Under the pieces are notes generated by a model. The model saw only the letters and a list, made by a program, of their open reading frames with translations, was not told the DNA's origin and searched no databases. The translations under genes and the position numbers were made by a program. Shown one piece after another: positions 1-17,237 of a stretch of DNA of 64,000 bases. The stretch comes from the human T2T-CHM13v2.0 reference genome, Homo sapiens. The stretch lies in assembly GCF_009914755.1 (NCBI RefSeq), contig NC_060929.1, one strand, 5' to 3'. Position 1 is the first letter of the stretch. Each line of letters begins with the position of its first letter.

Positions 1-103
1 GGCTGAAGGGCTCCTCAAGCGTGGCCAGAGTGGGCGCTGAGGCCGAGGAGGCACCGAGAGCGAGCGAGGGCTGCAAGGTCTGCCAGCACGCTGTCACTTC
101 TCA
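1..103 (-). mobile_element. 5' end of an LTR12 (ERV9 LTR), truncated by the window edge
   Basis: Ends in gccagcacgctgtcacttctca, the reverse complement of the LTR12 start TGAGAGGTGACAGCGTGCTGGC; highly similar to 9280-9386. Confidence 0.9.
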
Positions 104-1518
104 CTATTTTGGTATGTTTTCCACTAGACACACACATGTATACGTAGATTATATTTTGTATCATGTTTTAAGATGCACTTCTGTTTTACTTAACAACAAA
201 AATGTTACTAAACTTTGGGTTTCAGTTTCAACATGTGAAAACCTCAGAGGTTATCTCCCATCCTTTAAACAGACAAAAGCAGAATGAACTAAAAACCATT
301 GACTTTTCTTGGACTCATCAGAGAACTGGTGTTGCAGGGCAAACACCCTAGTGCAAAATCTAGAGAGAAAAGAGAATCCAGAGAGTCATAGCCTGATCTG
401 TATACTGGAGCAGACCCTACTGCAGCCATAAAGTGCTAGGAACACATAAATGGTAATTGTAACAAATTGTTGTAGATTTAACGTAGATGAGCTCCAGAGA
501 GTGAAACTCCTGGAGGCCATAGGCTTAGCAGCTCTCTACACAAACTCACCTCCACGGACTCTACTAGGTTCTTAGTGCAGAAACAAGAGTCTCTCATGGC
601 TCTGGCAGGGGAGGGGAGGAGTGACCATTGTAAAATATGCCCAGTGCATTCTTCATTATGAAGGTCTACCCTTCAGGGGAAAAGACTTCACCAGAAACTT
701 CTCTCACATGAGGAAACAGAACTTCCCCAAACTAAGGCCCTTGGAGGAGTGAGAGGATAGGATTCTAAGAAATACATTGTGAAGGTCACAGTCTGGGGAT
801 ACATGGCCACTAAAAGACTAAGATTTAATCATGTAATTATAGAATGCTCCCCCTGTCTGATACTTTTTCACCACATCAGCAAGGCTCTGGTATAATAACA
901 GTGTATTAAAGGTGAAGAAAAAAAGCTGGAAGACACAGATTTTACCTGAGGATAAATTTTTAGGGAAATCTAAAGGTAGCATGGGAGTCTAAAATAATGA
1001 TTCTAGAGAAGATTGACGCTCTGGCACCTATAGCTGTGGCAAACCTTAAGCAAAGATAAACTCCTACCCAGTTTAACATAAAACCCCACACTACTTTAGG
1101 GCTATTTTACCCCAGTTTACTATTGAGGCCTATTTTACCCCAGTTCCTGTTACACTATACGTCATGCCCAGCTTTTAACAAGAAATTATGAAACATGCTA
1201 AGAGGCAAGAGAAAAAACACAGCCTGAAGAGACAAAGCAAGCATCCAAACCAGACTCAGATATGACAGATTTTGGAGTTATCAAACAAGGCATATAAAGT
1301 AACTATGTTCACTATGTTAAGAGCTCTAATGGAAAAAGTGGACAACATGCAAGAACAGATGGTCAATGTGCTAAGAGAGACGGAAAATCTAAGAAAGGAT
1401 CCAAAGAAAATGTTAGAAATTAAAAAAAAACAAAACAAAACATAGTAATAGAAATGAAGGATGCATTTGAAAGTCTCATCAGTAGCTGAACATGACTAAT
1501 GAAACAATCAGGAAGCTA

Positions 1519-1820
1519 GGCTGAGTGCAGTGGCTCATACTTGTAATCCCAGCACTTTGGGAGGCCAAGGCAGGTGGATTGCTTGAGCTCAGGAGTTCAA
1601 GACAAGCCTGGGCAACATGGCAAAACCCCGTCTGTACAAAAAATACAAAAATTAGCTGGGCATGGTGGCTCATGCCTGTGGTCTCAGCTACTTGGGAGGC
1701 TGAGGTGGGAGGATTGCTTGAACTAGGGAGGCAGAGGCTGCAGTGAGCTGAGATCACGGTACTGCCGTCCATCCAGGGCAACAGGGCAAGACATTGCCTT
1801 AAAAAAATAATAATAATAAT
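1519..1820 (+). mobile_element. Alu (AluJ-like)
   Basis: Dimeric Alu with ggattgcttgag variants and an A/AAT tail. Confidence 0.92.
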
Positions 1821-2235
1821 CAGTAATCTCAAAGGCAGGTTAATAGAAAGTTTCCAAATTGAAATGGAAAGAGAAAAAATATTGAAAAAATAGAACAGAA
1901 ATCACAAAACTGGGACAGCTTCTGAGGATGCATATATGCAAAATGAGAAAACCCAAAGAGAAGACAGAGAGAATGGATCAAGAAATACTTGAACTAACAG
2001 TGGTCAGTAATTTTCCAAATTTAATGAAAGACATACTGCAGTTGCAGAAACTTCAGGACATATCAGATGAGATAAATACCTAAAATCTACATTTAGGCAT
2101 ATCATATTCCAGCTGCAGAAAGCCAAAGACAGAGAGATCTTGAAAGGTCCTTGGGCACAGGGGGCAGTACAAAAATGCCTTTCCTATGGAGAATAAGAAT
2201 TCAGTGGACTTTCCATCAGAGCCACCAAGGAATAA

Positions 2236-3514
<1,279 letters not shown>

Positions 3515-3770
3515 TGAAAGAAATAAACCACCAACATGAAATTCTGTATCCAGCAAAATAATCGTCAAAAGTGAAAGAGAAGTAAAGGTTTTCTCAGCCA
3601 AACAAAAATTGAGGGAATCCATCTCTAGGAGATCTTCTCTGTAAGAAATTTTAAAAGTGTTTTTCGGGTAGAAGAAGTATGTTATAGGTCAGAAACTCAG
3701 ATCTACGTAAAGAGTGTCGGAGAAAAAACAAAATCAGTAATGGTAAAATATGTCTTGTTTTTCATTTTCT

Positions 3771-4069
3771 TTTTCTTTTTTTTTTGAGACAGAGTTTTGC
3801 TTTGTTGTCCAGGCTGGATGTGCAGTGGTGTGATCTTGGCTCACTGCAACCTCTGCTTCACGGGTTCATGTAATTCTCATGCCTCAGCCTCCTGAGTAGC
3901 TGGGATTACAGGTGCCCCCCAACACACCCAGCTGACTTTCTGTATTTTTAGTAGAGACGGGGTTTCACCATCTTGCCCAGGCTGGTCTCAAAATCCTGAG
4001 CTCAGGCAATTTGCCTGTCTCGACCTCTCAAAGTACTAGGATTACTGGCATGAGCCACCGTGCTCGGCC
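3771..4069 (-). mobile_element. Alu (AluS-like)
   Basis: Poly-T followed by an antisense Alu; similar tttt(t/c)cattttct flanks. Confidence 0.92.
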
Positions 4070-5219
4070 ATTTTCCATTTTCTTATTTGATCTAAGGGAA
4101 AGAAGCCAGTCTTAAAAGGTTACAGATTATATGACTCCGGCAATTTTATGACATTTTGTAATGGGCAAAACTAGAGCAACAGTATGAAGGTCAGTGTTTG
4201 CTAAGAATTCCGGGTGTGGGAATGTGTTGAATAGGGGAAGCACGGGGGCATTTTTAGGGTAATTTTGTAACTATTTTGTAAGGTACTGTAATTATGGACA
4301 CATAACATTATACATTAGTGAAAACCCAGAGAACTTTACAGTACAAAGAATGAACTTCATGTGTGCAACTTTAAAAAAAAATCACTTAGGATTTCCAAGG
4401 ATTCCAAGACAGAATACATTGGGATTAAACAATATAAGTGTATTCCAAGTCTATGAAACAAACTTGCTGAAAAGGTTGTAGGAGAAAAAAACTGATTAAA
4501 GAACGTGAAATGAATAAGGTCTGTAGGACTGAAGTGACAACAAATTGCACGTAAGCACTGTACTCTAGTTGATAAAATTGATACCCACAGGAGTATAAGT
4601 TAGCAATTCTGAATTACTGTATGTGGATGCTGGAATGGAACGTTAAGTAAATTGATGGCAGATGGCAGGAGGCAGGAATCTTACTGTTGAAGTGGGGGTT
4701 TACAGATAAGCAAGGGGAGAGGTGTAGAATGATCCATGTAGCAATGGGTTAGGGTTGGAGACATCAGTATAAACTCCTGTTTAGATTAATGTAGTTATAA
4801 ACAGTTAAATATGGAAATATTTACAGGTATATGTATACACTGTATTTAGCATGCTCATATTTCATTACTCTGCCAGGCCCCATAGCAATGACACTCAGTA
4901 GCAGTGAGAATAGCTAGTGCCCACATGGTTTGGTTTATAATACCATTCTTCGGTAAAAAGGAACCAGAGCACCTTGGAGAAAGGACTGGTTCTAAGACTG
5001 GGGAAGGAAATATGCAAGATGAACTTGGAGCATCTTAGATTGCCAGAGAGTAAGTATAGTGCTAAAGTAGCCCAACAAACAGATAAGCCCCAAACAAACA
5101 AACACGGTGATGGGGATATGTTAAAGGTACATGGGAGTCAACTGAAAGACCACCCAATGGCCAAAGCTCAAACAATTTGAGCAATAAAATAAAATAATAT
5201 ATAAATTGAATTATGACTT

Positions 5220-6123
<904 letters not shown>

Positions 6124-6620
6124 TTCTCCCCCTTCTGGCCACGATTTTCTAGAGGCAACATCAATGGCCACCAGATTTTTATTTTGTCCCATAGCATTGC
6201 CGGGGTGGCTGGCATGGCCGCCTGCCCTGGGTCCATCCTGTTCCTCAGTGAAACTCCCTGGGGTCAAGGGACTTAGAATCAAAAGACTTATAGAAAATTA
6301 AATGTTCTAGGCCAGATAGAAATGGACGTGGACAACCATTCATTACCCCTTATGTATAATTTTTATTTTAAGTAAAATGCCAACAAACAAAAAGCCAAAG
6401 ATGAGGTTACAAAACTGACTTATCTTCAACTTCTATGCATTGAGCTTCTATACTGTTGGTTTTGGTTACAGACTTAAAATAATTAGCTATACAAAACATA
6501 AGCATTGTTCTGGAAAAAAATTTTAATATGTATCTATCTGCACAACTCATAACTGGGAGTATTGTATCTAGGAGGCTTTGTCATGAGGTATTTCTATCCT
6601 CTCAGTAATTATTTTCTTTT
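6124..6620 (-). mobile_element. ERV1 (MER4-int) internal 3' fragment with PPT
   Basis: Directly abuts the LTR start through a polypurine tract. Confidence 0.6.
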
Positions 6621-7308
6621 AAAAACTAAGAAAACTGAATAATGTATAGACTAATTAATAATAATTTGTCAATACTGGTTTATTAATTGTAACAAATGTA
6701 CCCTACCAATGTAAGATGTTGATACTATGAAAAACTGGATGTGGATATCTGGGAACTCTCTAGACTGTCTTCCCTTTTTTTATTTTTTGGTAAATTTAAA
6801 ACTTTTTAAAAGCAGAGTTTATTTAAAAAGTGATTCTTCTAAATATTTAGATGGCTGTATACTGATTCTTTGCATAGCTAATGCATTTAAACAACCCTAT
6901 CTTATGAACAATCAGTTATTTATTTTTTACTATTATAAACAATTATATAATTAAGGTCTATTGTAAATATTTGTGCGTATGAAGTTACTAATTAACAGAG
7001 GATTTATCTGTTAAGTTCTTCTAAGAAACTTATGTTCTTTTACTACTCATAGTGACACATGAAAGTCCAATTTCCCTATCCTCTTGGCAACACTGAATAT
7101 TATAATTTATTTAATTTTGGCTAATTAAATACATGAAAATCACACCTCATTTTACTTTGAAAGGTAGAATTTTAAAATATTTTCATTGGCTATTTTAACC
7201 TACCCTTTTACAAAGTTCAGGTTAATTTTAAAATATAGATTTAATGAACTCCCACTATATTCTGGGGAACATTCACATACCTTACCTTAAGTTATCTTTA
7301 TTATCCCT

Positions 7309-7845
7309 TGCATCTGGATGCAAGTAATAGGAAACTCAGTTCAATCTGGCTTAAGCAACATGAAGAAGCCATTATCTCATGTAAGAAGCAGCCCAGAGGG
7401 AAGGTGGTTGCAGGAATAATCTAACCTGCTTAATCATGTCAAGGTTTTGATATTCTCAGCAAGACTTGCCCCACATTTGTATAAGATGGCTATAGAAATT
7501 CCAGAAATCAAGTACAGAGGGAAGAAAAATTCATGTCAATGTCTTATTTTCCTTTAAAGGATAAAGAAACCTCTCTGATTCATACCACCCCAGGCAGACT
7601 TCCCTTCATAATTTACTGGACAGAACTGTATTGCATGCTAAAGTCAAACCAAAGACCACTTGGCAAAGGAAATAAGATATGACTTAATTAGACAACTTAA
7701 GATTTTCTGCACCCCTTGCTCTCTGCCCCAAACTGAGGAAGGTCTAGCCTCCCTGAGGAATAGAACAGTTTAAAAGAGACTGAACAAAATCAGGGTTGGG
7801 AAAAAGTAAGGAATGGCTGTGGGATGAGCAATCAACAGTATTTTC
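7309..7845. mobile_element. Old MaLR LTR (MLT1-like)
   Basis: Motifs gatgcaagtaataggaaactc...ctggcttaagc, aagatggct and caaaatcagggtt are typical of old MLT1 LTRs. Confidence 0.55.
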
Positions 7846-7961
7846 CTAATCATCCCAGTGGCCTATTGTAAATTAGGTATTCTTATGCCTATTTATCCCG
7901 TCAAGATGCTGTGCCTCCTGGTTTGCAATCAAAATCTCTAAATCCAATTACAGATTGGTAT

Positions 7962-9386
7962 TGTGTCCGGAATTGGTGGGTTCTTGGTCTCACTGACTTC
8001 AAGAATGAAGCCACGGACCCTCGCGGTGAGTGTTACAGTTCTTAAAGGCAGCGTGTTCAGAGTTTGTTCCTTCTGATGTTCGGATGTGTTCGGAGTTTCC
8101 TCCTTCTTGGGGGTGCGTGGTCTCGCTGGCTCAGGATTGAAGCTGCAGACCTTCGCGGTGAGTGTTACAGCTCTTAAGGCGGCGCATCTGGAGTTGTTTG
8201 TTCCTCCCGGTGGGTTCATGGTCTCCCTGGCTTCAGGAGTGAAGCTGCAGACGTTCTTGGTGAGTGTTAACAGCTCATAAAGGCAGTGTGGACCCAAAGA
8301 GTGAGCAGTACCAAGATTTATTGCAAAGAGTGAAAGAACAAAGCTTCCACAGTGTGGAAGGGGACTGGAGCTGGTTGCCACTGCTGGCTCTGGCAGCCTG
8401 CTTTTATTCTCTTATCTGGCCCTACCCACATCCTGCTGACTGGTCCATTTTACAGAGAGCCGATTGGTCTGTTTTACAGAGAACTGATTGGTCCGTTTTG
8501 ACAGGGTGCTGATTGGTGCGTTTACAATCCCTGAGCTAGACACAAAAGTTCTCCACATCCCCACTAGATTAGCTAGATACAGAGTGTGGACACAAAGGTT
8601 CTCCAAGTCCCCGCCAGAATAGCTAGATACAGAGTGTCGATTGGTGCATTCACAAACCCTGAGCTAGACACAGGGTGCTGATTGGTGTGTTTACAAAGCT
8701 TGAGCTAGATACAGAGTACCGATTGGTGTATTTACAATCCCTTAGCTAGACGTAAAGATTCTCCAAGTCCCCACCAGACTCAGGAGCCCAGCTGGCTTCA
8801 CACAGTGGATCGCACACTGGGCCACAGGTGGAGCTGCCTGCCAGTCCCGCACCCTGCGCCTGCACTCCTCAGCCCTTGGGCGGTCGATGGGACTGGGCAG
8901 TGGATCAGGGAGCGGTGCTTGTCAGGGAGACTTAGGCCACACAGGAGCCCACGGAGTTGGGGGGAGACTCAGGCATGGTGGGCTGCAGGTCCTGAGCCCT
9001 GCCCCGCGGGGAGGCAGCTAAGGCCCGGCGAGAAGTGGAGCGCAGCAGCTGCTGGCCTGGCTGCTAAGCCCCTCACTGCCCATGGCGGTGGGGCTGGCTG
9101 GCTGCTCTAAGTGCGGGGCCTGCCGAGCCCACGCCAACCCCGAACTCGTGCTGCCCCACAAGCGCTGCGTGCAGCTGCGGTTTCTGCCCGCGCCTCTCCA
9201 CACCTCCCTGCAAGCAGAGGGAGCCGGCTCGGCTGAGGCCTTGGCCAGCCCAGAAAGGGGCTCCCACAGTGCAGCAGTGGGCTGAAGGGCTCCTCATGTG
9301 CCGCCCGCCAAAGTGGGAGCCCAGGTAGAGGAGGCACTGAGAGCGAGCGAGGGCTGCGAGGGCTGCCAGCACGGTGTCACCTCTCA
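7962..9386 (-). mobile_element. Complete solo LTR12 (LTR12C-like, ERV9), about 1.4 kb
   Basis: Termini tgtgtccggaattgg...gtcacctctca; 4-bp TSD gtat at 7958-7961 and 9387-9390; internal ATTGG/GATA tandem repeats. Confidence 0.95.
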
Positions 9387-9441
9387 GTATTAATTGTAAA
9401 AATTTTACAATTGTGATCAGCATTAAGGGAGAGAAGTTGAA

Positions 9442-9744
<303 letters not shown>

Positions 9745-10297
9745 GAGAAGTAGAGGTTTTACAGCATTTGTGGGGAGCAAATTGTAGGAAAAACCTGGTT
9801 GGGGGAATTGAGAAAAAACTTCCTGAGAAAATAACATTTTAGTTAAGCACTAAATGTTGAATGCCATCTTCATAAATTAAATCCTTTACAGTGGCAGCAT
9901 CTGAGCTATTTTTTCATTTTGCGTGGATGTGACCTGTTTATTGTACTGATGCAATCACAGCTCCGTAACAGTAGTTACTGAAGCCAGGGGCATGGTGACA
10001 AGAGAGGCATTGGGAAGCAACTCTGAAAACAGTAGGCAGGTCCTCAGCAATGTCCATGAACCTACTTGAGGAGACTTCAGTGAGCTGGAGAACAGTTCAC
10101 AGCCCAGTTCAATGAAATACCCCTTCCAACATGATCCTATTATTGGTGCCACGACAGTGTTTGATATAACATCATAGGACAGAATGCTTGGTATTTCTTT
10201 TATTAGTCTGGTCTTACTTTTAAAATGTAGCAAATATCAATATCATAAAGTACACATTATAAGACAGAGAGCACAGATGTCCACTTATACTTGGTAG

Positions 10298-10410
10298 AAA
10301 AGAAAGGAAGGGAGGGAGGGAGAGGGGAAGGAGGAAAGAAGGAAGGAGAGAGGGAAGGAGGAAAGAAGGAAGAAAAGAAAGGATGGAAGGAAAGAGGGAA
10401 GGAAGAAAAC
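10298..10410. repeat. GA-rich (GGAA/GGGA) low-complexity tract
   Basis: Direct sequence. Confidence 0.9.
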
Positions 10411-10507
10411 AATAAAAAGGCAAATCAGATTCCAACTTGTAATAGGTTTCATTACTATTTAGGTATGACAAGGCCAATGATGAGACATTGTAAGATGGAA
10501 AGATGAC

Positions 10508-10948
10508 TGTTATTTAAAAAATAGTTTATTCTAATCATAAGTAGAATAGAATTTATTCAATTTTCGAGAAAGTACAGGTCACACCTGGGTGAGGGGGCAC
10601 ACAGAGACCACCCGGATGTATCACAAGATAGAGGGAGAGGGGGCGACTGGGTAAGTGCCTTTTTTGTGGTTTCCACGAGAAGGAACTGGCAAAGCCAGCT
10701 AAGTAGGCTTAGGATTTGTTAGTATGAAAAATATCTGTGGGCTCTGGGGCACAGAGGATATTTCAACTGTCTTTTATCTGGCCCTGGGGTGATTAGGGTG
10801 GGTGTACAGTGGTCCAGAGTACAAGAGTCCCATAAGAGGAAGTGGTTGTGGGTGTGGATTTAATTGGCTGCTCAAGAAAGGGAACTGATTGGCCTCTACC
10901 CAGGGCCTCAAAACTGGGTCAAGACAGCATTTAAAAAACAATATTACA
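10508..10948 (-). mobile_element. ERVL-type solo LTR (MER54-like)
   Basis: The - strand starts TGTAAT...TTTAAATGCTGTCTTGACCCAGTTTTGAGGCCCTGG; TG...CA termini; subfamily assigned from memory. Confidence 0.6.
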
Positions 10949-11501
10949 CAACTGAATGCGACTAGGTTTGTAGAAGCAATTTATGTGTTCTCTCCTCTAT
11001 TAGGGGGAGAAAGGGCTTATTCTCAGTTTTAGCCACAGATTTTTAGATGATTGAACAAACACAAAGCACAACTCAAAATAGTTAAGGTCATTGAGAGTTT
11101 TTTAAATCACTTTGCATGTTAAAATCAACTGCAACATACCGATTAAATGAAGTTCATCTTAAACAGATGTACGACAGGATTTATCTGAAAGAAAGGTAGC
11201 AAAACTCCTCTGCATTGATTATCTTAACATTTGGTTTAGTACTATTCACAAATTTGAGGCAATCTATGCTGTTTTATGTACGAGGTCCAGCAGCATTTAC
11301 TTGAAAATCACTAAATTCTGGTCTGCTCTTACTAATGTCAAAGTCAGTTTCATATAGAGATTCATGGAAGAGAGAAGAATGAATTTGTGTGCCCTGAAGA
11401 TTAGTCTGCAGGTGATACAGAAAATGTCACTAGGAAGCCCAATGATGTAAGCAAGCACCAAGCTTGTTATCTTGGATTTACTAATAAAAATGGTGCTGTA
11501 A

Positions 11502-11800
11502 GGCCAGGCGCAGTGGCTCACGCCTGTCATCCCAGCACTTTGGGAGGCTGAGGTGGGCAGAGCACGAGGTCAGGAGACCATCCTGGCTAACATGGTGAAA
11601 CCCCATCTCCACTAAAAATACAAAAAAAAAAAAAAAAAATTATCCCAGCATGGAGGCAGTTGCCTGTAATCCCAGCTACTTGGGAGGCTGAGGCAGGAAA
11701 ATCACTTGAACCCAGAGCAGGGAGCTTGCAGTGAGCCTAGATCGCACCACTGCACTCCAGCCTGGGCTACAGAGAGACTCCATCTCAAAAAAAAAAAAAA
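11502..11800 (+). mobile_element. Alu with expanded middle poly-A
   Basis: TSD aaaaatgg(t/c)gctgtaa on both sides. Confidence 0.93.
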
Positions 11801-13064
11801 AATGGCGCTGTAAATGAATTGGAAAAATTAAGGAAACAAGGACAGGTAGTTAAATTCTGTAGTTAAGTATAAGACTCTCCATCTGTCCAAAGAGCTTATA
11901 TTGACATAATTTCTAATATGAATAAAACATCACCAAGATCAATATCTAGTGTATGTTCCAACCAAAATGTGAGAATAATCTATCCATGGTAGCATTTATT
12001 TGATCAAATACTTTATAGTTACTCAATGTATTTAACAAAAAAGCAATAACATTTTACTGAAAATTAAATTAGGGTTTTAAATGCAAGGCTATATTCTTTC
12101 TAGAAGTATTTTGGCAGGAATCATTCATTCCAACAGGGACATCTTTATCTAATGATATCTAGCACTTATAAGGCATTTTCATCTTCCAAGTGTTTTACTC
12201 ACACCAATTAATTAATTTTCATTTTATTGAAACAAGATAGGTAAATACAAGTTAAAAGGAAGCTAATTTTCTTCCAGACCAGATGGGAAGTCAATGTCAA
12301 AATTTAAATTATGCTTAGGATTTTGGCTTCAGCCCTCTGTCCTGATCATTAAGTAAAAAATACCTACCTCAGTATCATTAAATGTGAAATCATGTCTTTG
12401 AAAAAAAAAAAAAAACACAAACTCCAAAATCAAAGCTGATAATTTCAATTTTTTAAGACTTCCTCCTTGTGCTTTTCAAAAAAAAGATAAAAATAAAAAA
12501 AAAGCATAGTGCTTTTCCTTTTTCCCTCTTGATAAAATAGCGTTCTAGTCCTGATGGTGTTGAACTGTAGTCTTTACAATGTGAAGTATGGTAGTTTTCA
12601 AATTATCTTTAAAAAAACAGATTATTTCTCGTAAAAGTGTTGGTGAGAAAATACTGAAAAGAATCAAATGTGCAAACTATTTGTTATAGCTCAAGGATGT
12701 CTGCATAACAATGTGAGAGAAAGAATTCTTTTTAAATCCACTTACACTCAAGGTATCTTTATATATCTGAGACTAAAAAAAATATATAAGTTTGAATAAT
12801 GCATACATGCTTTTGTTATAAGATTGCATTCTTTAAATAAATAATAAATATCTCACAGTGCTGTTCTTAAAAAAAAAACATATGAAGATTTCAAACTATG
12901 GTTAACCAAAATGAAGGCACTCCGTTTGCAGAAGTTGTTGAGTATAGAGAGCATTTTATATGGGCAAAATAAATGTCCAGCCATAGCTGTAAATCAGAGC
13001 AAGGTAAAAGCCAAAATAAATTCTCTAGCTTGTGTTGAAAAAGCTTCAAACTTAGGGTACTTTT

Positions 13065-13289
13065 CAGAATTTGGCAAGCTATGGACCATGGGCCAAATCC
13101 AGCCACCCGCCTGTTTTTGTAAATAAAGTTTTATCGTAATACCGTCATCCCCATTTATTTACGCATTGCCTATTGACACTTTTAAGCTTCAACAGAAGAC
13201 TCCAGTAGTTGCAACAAAGACCATATGGCCTGCAAAACCTGAAATATTTACTCTCTGGCTCTTTACAGAAAACATTTGCCAACTCCTCC
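13065..13289. mobile_element. MER58A (hAT-Charlie MITE)
   Basis: ggccaaatccagcc...gtttttgtaaataaagtttta...ggcctgcaaaacctgaaatattta...tttgccaactcct. Confidence 0.85.
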
Positions 13290-14189
13290 TCTACTAAAGC
13301 TGACTTGTTGAGTCCCTGAGAGAAGTCAGACGACACTCACTTAGGCAAGAGGGAGGCTACTAAATTTGAAAAGGAAATCTATTTAAATTTGTGCTTATGT
13401 AGGGAGTACCCAATTTCTGAGCCAGGTGTCATTCAAAATTCATTTGTAAGTCATTTATGCCTCACTCTGACATATTCATTAATTCAAAATATGACTTTCT
13501 AATCTACAACATAGAACAAATTGGGGTCAGGTTCAGATGATAGACAAAGCATTGTTTCTCCCCATCTTTCATGAACTCCTATGCATCTTAAAGTTACCTA
13601 GAGAAGATCAAGATACATCCTATTCAGAGCATTTTATCCTTATGAAGCCAGTAGAATCCATTGAGTGTGAGCAGCGAAACATGCTTAGCTTGTTTCAAAG
13701 GTGTAGGATTAGGGTTAGGGTTAGGGTTACCCAGGTGAGCTGAGATCATAAAAATGGCTTCTTCACCATGGATAGCAAAAGGAGACTTCCGATATCCATA
13801 TTTTCTGGTGTTCTGTATTTTGTACGATATTCATGTAAAGTAGCATTCTTTGATGTTTTTTACTTTCTCAGATTCTCTAGAGCAAGCTGAAATCTTCAAA
13901 GTTTTCTTACTTTTAATGATGATAACATTGATGACATGCAGTGGTTACTGAATGTGTACTATGTTTACTCTGTTGTTCTATGTTTATATATGTGTTTAAT
14001 CACTCCTCATCACAACGCCATGAAGTGGTATTGTTATTATTCTTACTTTACAGATAGTAGATACAGACGGTAAGTCATTTTTAATAGATTACACATCTAA
14101 TAAGCATTATAATAAAGGAGAAAATAGGTCTCTATCAAAGCCTTAAAGATTAATTTCTCTAAGCCTTGTGAGAGCTCAATTTGAATGTG

Positions 14190-14207
14190 ATATATATATG
14201 TATGTAT

Positions 14208-14258
<51 letters not shown>
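14190..14258. repeat. (TA)n/(TATG)n microsatellite
   Basis: Direct sequence. Confidence 0.95.
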
Positions 14259-14261
<3 letters not shown>

Positions 14262-14278
14262 TCTTAATTGGTGGGTCA

Positions 14279-14634
<356 letters not shown>

Positions 14635-16281
14635 TTAATATTAGTTACTAGATTAGACAGTTTCAGTAAAATTAATGCTGTAAGTATTAAAGTTTTCTTC
14701 AGCCTTTCTCATAATTTGGCTAGTTAGTAATATGGATATTATTTTTATCAACTTTAGCAATAAAGTATAAATTTTAAATATTTTAGTTTATGACCTAAAT
14801 GATAAATCATTCACATCATTATAAAATATTACACTGTTATTTCATATTATTGTATACAATTAATAGGACTTCAGCTTCTAGTAATAAATCACTGAGTAAT
14901 TCAGACCAAGATTTTCTGTGATGATGCCAGTGAGAAAATCTAGATAAAACCTAATAAATGCCTTTTGAGCCATCAGAAAACAAATACTACCAGGCTAGGA
15001 CCTGTAAGAAGGTAGAGACCCAGAGAAAGATCTCACTTTTAGGACTGTATTTCCCCTTGGGTACTTTCTAGTTACTGAGCAGATCATCTCAGAGACTAAA
15101 GATTAAAGAGCACTTTAAAATAGCATATGGGCCTAAGATACAGCAAATGAGCTCCAGAGCCCACAAAGGGAAGGAGAGTGGGGCAGTTGTTGAACTGAAT
15201 CCCTTGGGTTTGGGACTCTGAGGTACTAAATCCCTAGAACACTGGAAACTAGATAAATTCTTACAGTGACCTCAGACCAGTTTCAAACTAATTCAAACCT
15301 GAAACAAGATTGAGGGATTATAGATTAACTGTGCTTCTGAGCATCTTATGGAAGTAAATGCTAATTTTTTTCAAGAGAAAAATAACATCGCCCTAGTTGA
15401 GTTATTTCTATCTTTTTATAATTCAGTGTTCAGTACACATTTTTTAAAACCACACAAAATTATAAGATAACACATATGAAAACCAGCACAATTAACACAC
15501 ATCGTGAATAAAAATCAATGCAAACAACAGACAATAAAGTCAGATTCACTTAGACTTTAGATATTCAACTTATAGTGTATATATTTTAAAATAAGCATGC
15601 TTGCTGTGTTCAGGAAAATAAAATAGTAATAATTATGGAAAACCCTGGAAATAAGAGAAGAATAATATACAGACTTCAGAACAGAAAAAATGCAATAACC
15701 AAGGTTAGGTACTCAATGGGTGATTTTATCAGCAGATTAGACACAAATAAAGAGAGGCCTAGTGATCTGGAAGATAGATAAGAAGAAAATATTAAGAACA
15801 CACCAAAGAGACAAAAATACGGAAAAATCACAAGAAAATATAAAATACATATAGGATACAAGAGGAGATCCAACATGGGTGCAATCTGAATCCCATTAAT
15901 AAATGGAAGAGGGAATTGGGAGAGAAGTAGTATCTAATGCCACAAAGACTGAGAACTTTCCAAAACTTATAAAATGTGTTAAACCTTAGATTTTAAAATC
16001 TCTATGAACTACAAGTAGAATATACAACAAGTAATCTATGCCTAGGCATATAATATTGAACTTTTGCAAACCAAAGAAAAAGAGAAAAAATGTAATGCAG
16101 CCATGTAAAAAGGATAGATTGTCTTTCAGAAGCAAGTATAAGACTCACTGTTGACTTCTTAACATCATGACATAGCCAGAAGATTAACTATAAAGTATTA
16201 ATAGAAAATAATTGTCAAACTAGAGTTCGATACACAGAAAAAATGCCTTTCAAGATTGTTGAACTGAAATAGACGTTTTCA

Positions 16282-16621
<340 letters not shown>

Positions 16622-16883
16622 CTACCAGAAATACCTCTTGAAGAGTGTTACTCAGGCCAAGTGAAAATGATCCCTAATAGAAGATTAAAGATGGAGAATA
16701 AAATGACAACAATAAAATGATGAACAAATGGGTAAATATAAGTGAATATTAACTATGAAGTAATATTAATATTACTAAATAATAAAAGGCTGTATGGTAA
16801 ATATTAATATGTCATGTCTCATTGGATTTTAATACACAACCACACACATAAAATAAAATGGGGTTAAATAGTAAATGAAGTTA

Positions 16884-17237
<354 letters not shown>

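Noticed and set aside
1102-1145. 16-bp direct repeat ctattttaccccagtt
   Set aside because: It is a small local duplication within an old L1, with no functional hint.
8460-8760. Regularly spaced ~24-41 bp repeats resembling a CRISPR array
   Set aside because: These are known LTR12 U3 tandem repeats; there are no unique spacers or cas genes, and the DNA is human.
7938-9423. ORFs up to 147 aa with internal repeats (ADWSILQR)
   Set aside because: They arise from tandem repeats and the GC-rich part of the LTR12; there is no gag/pol/env similarity.
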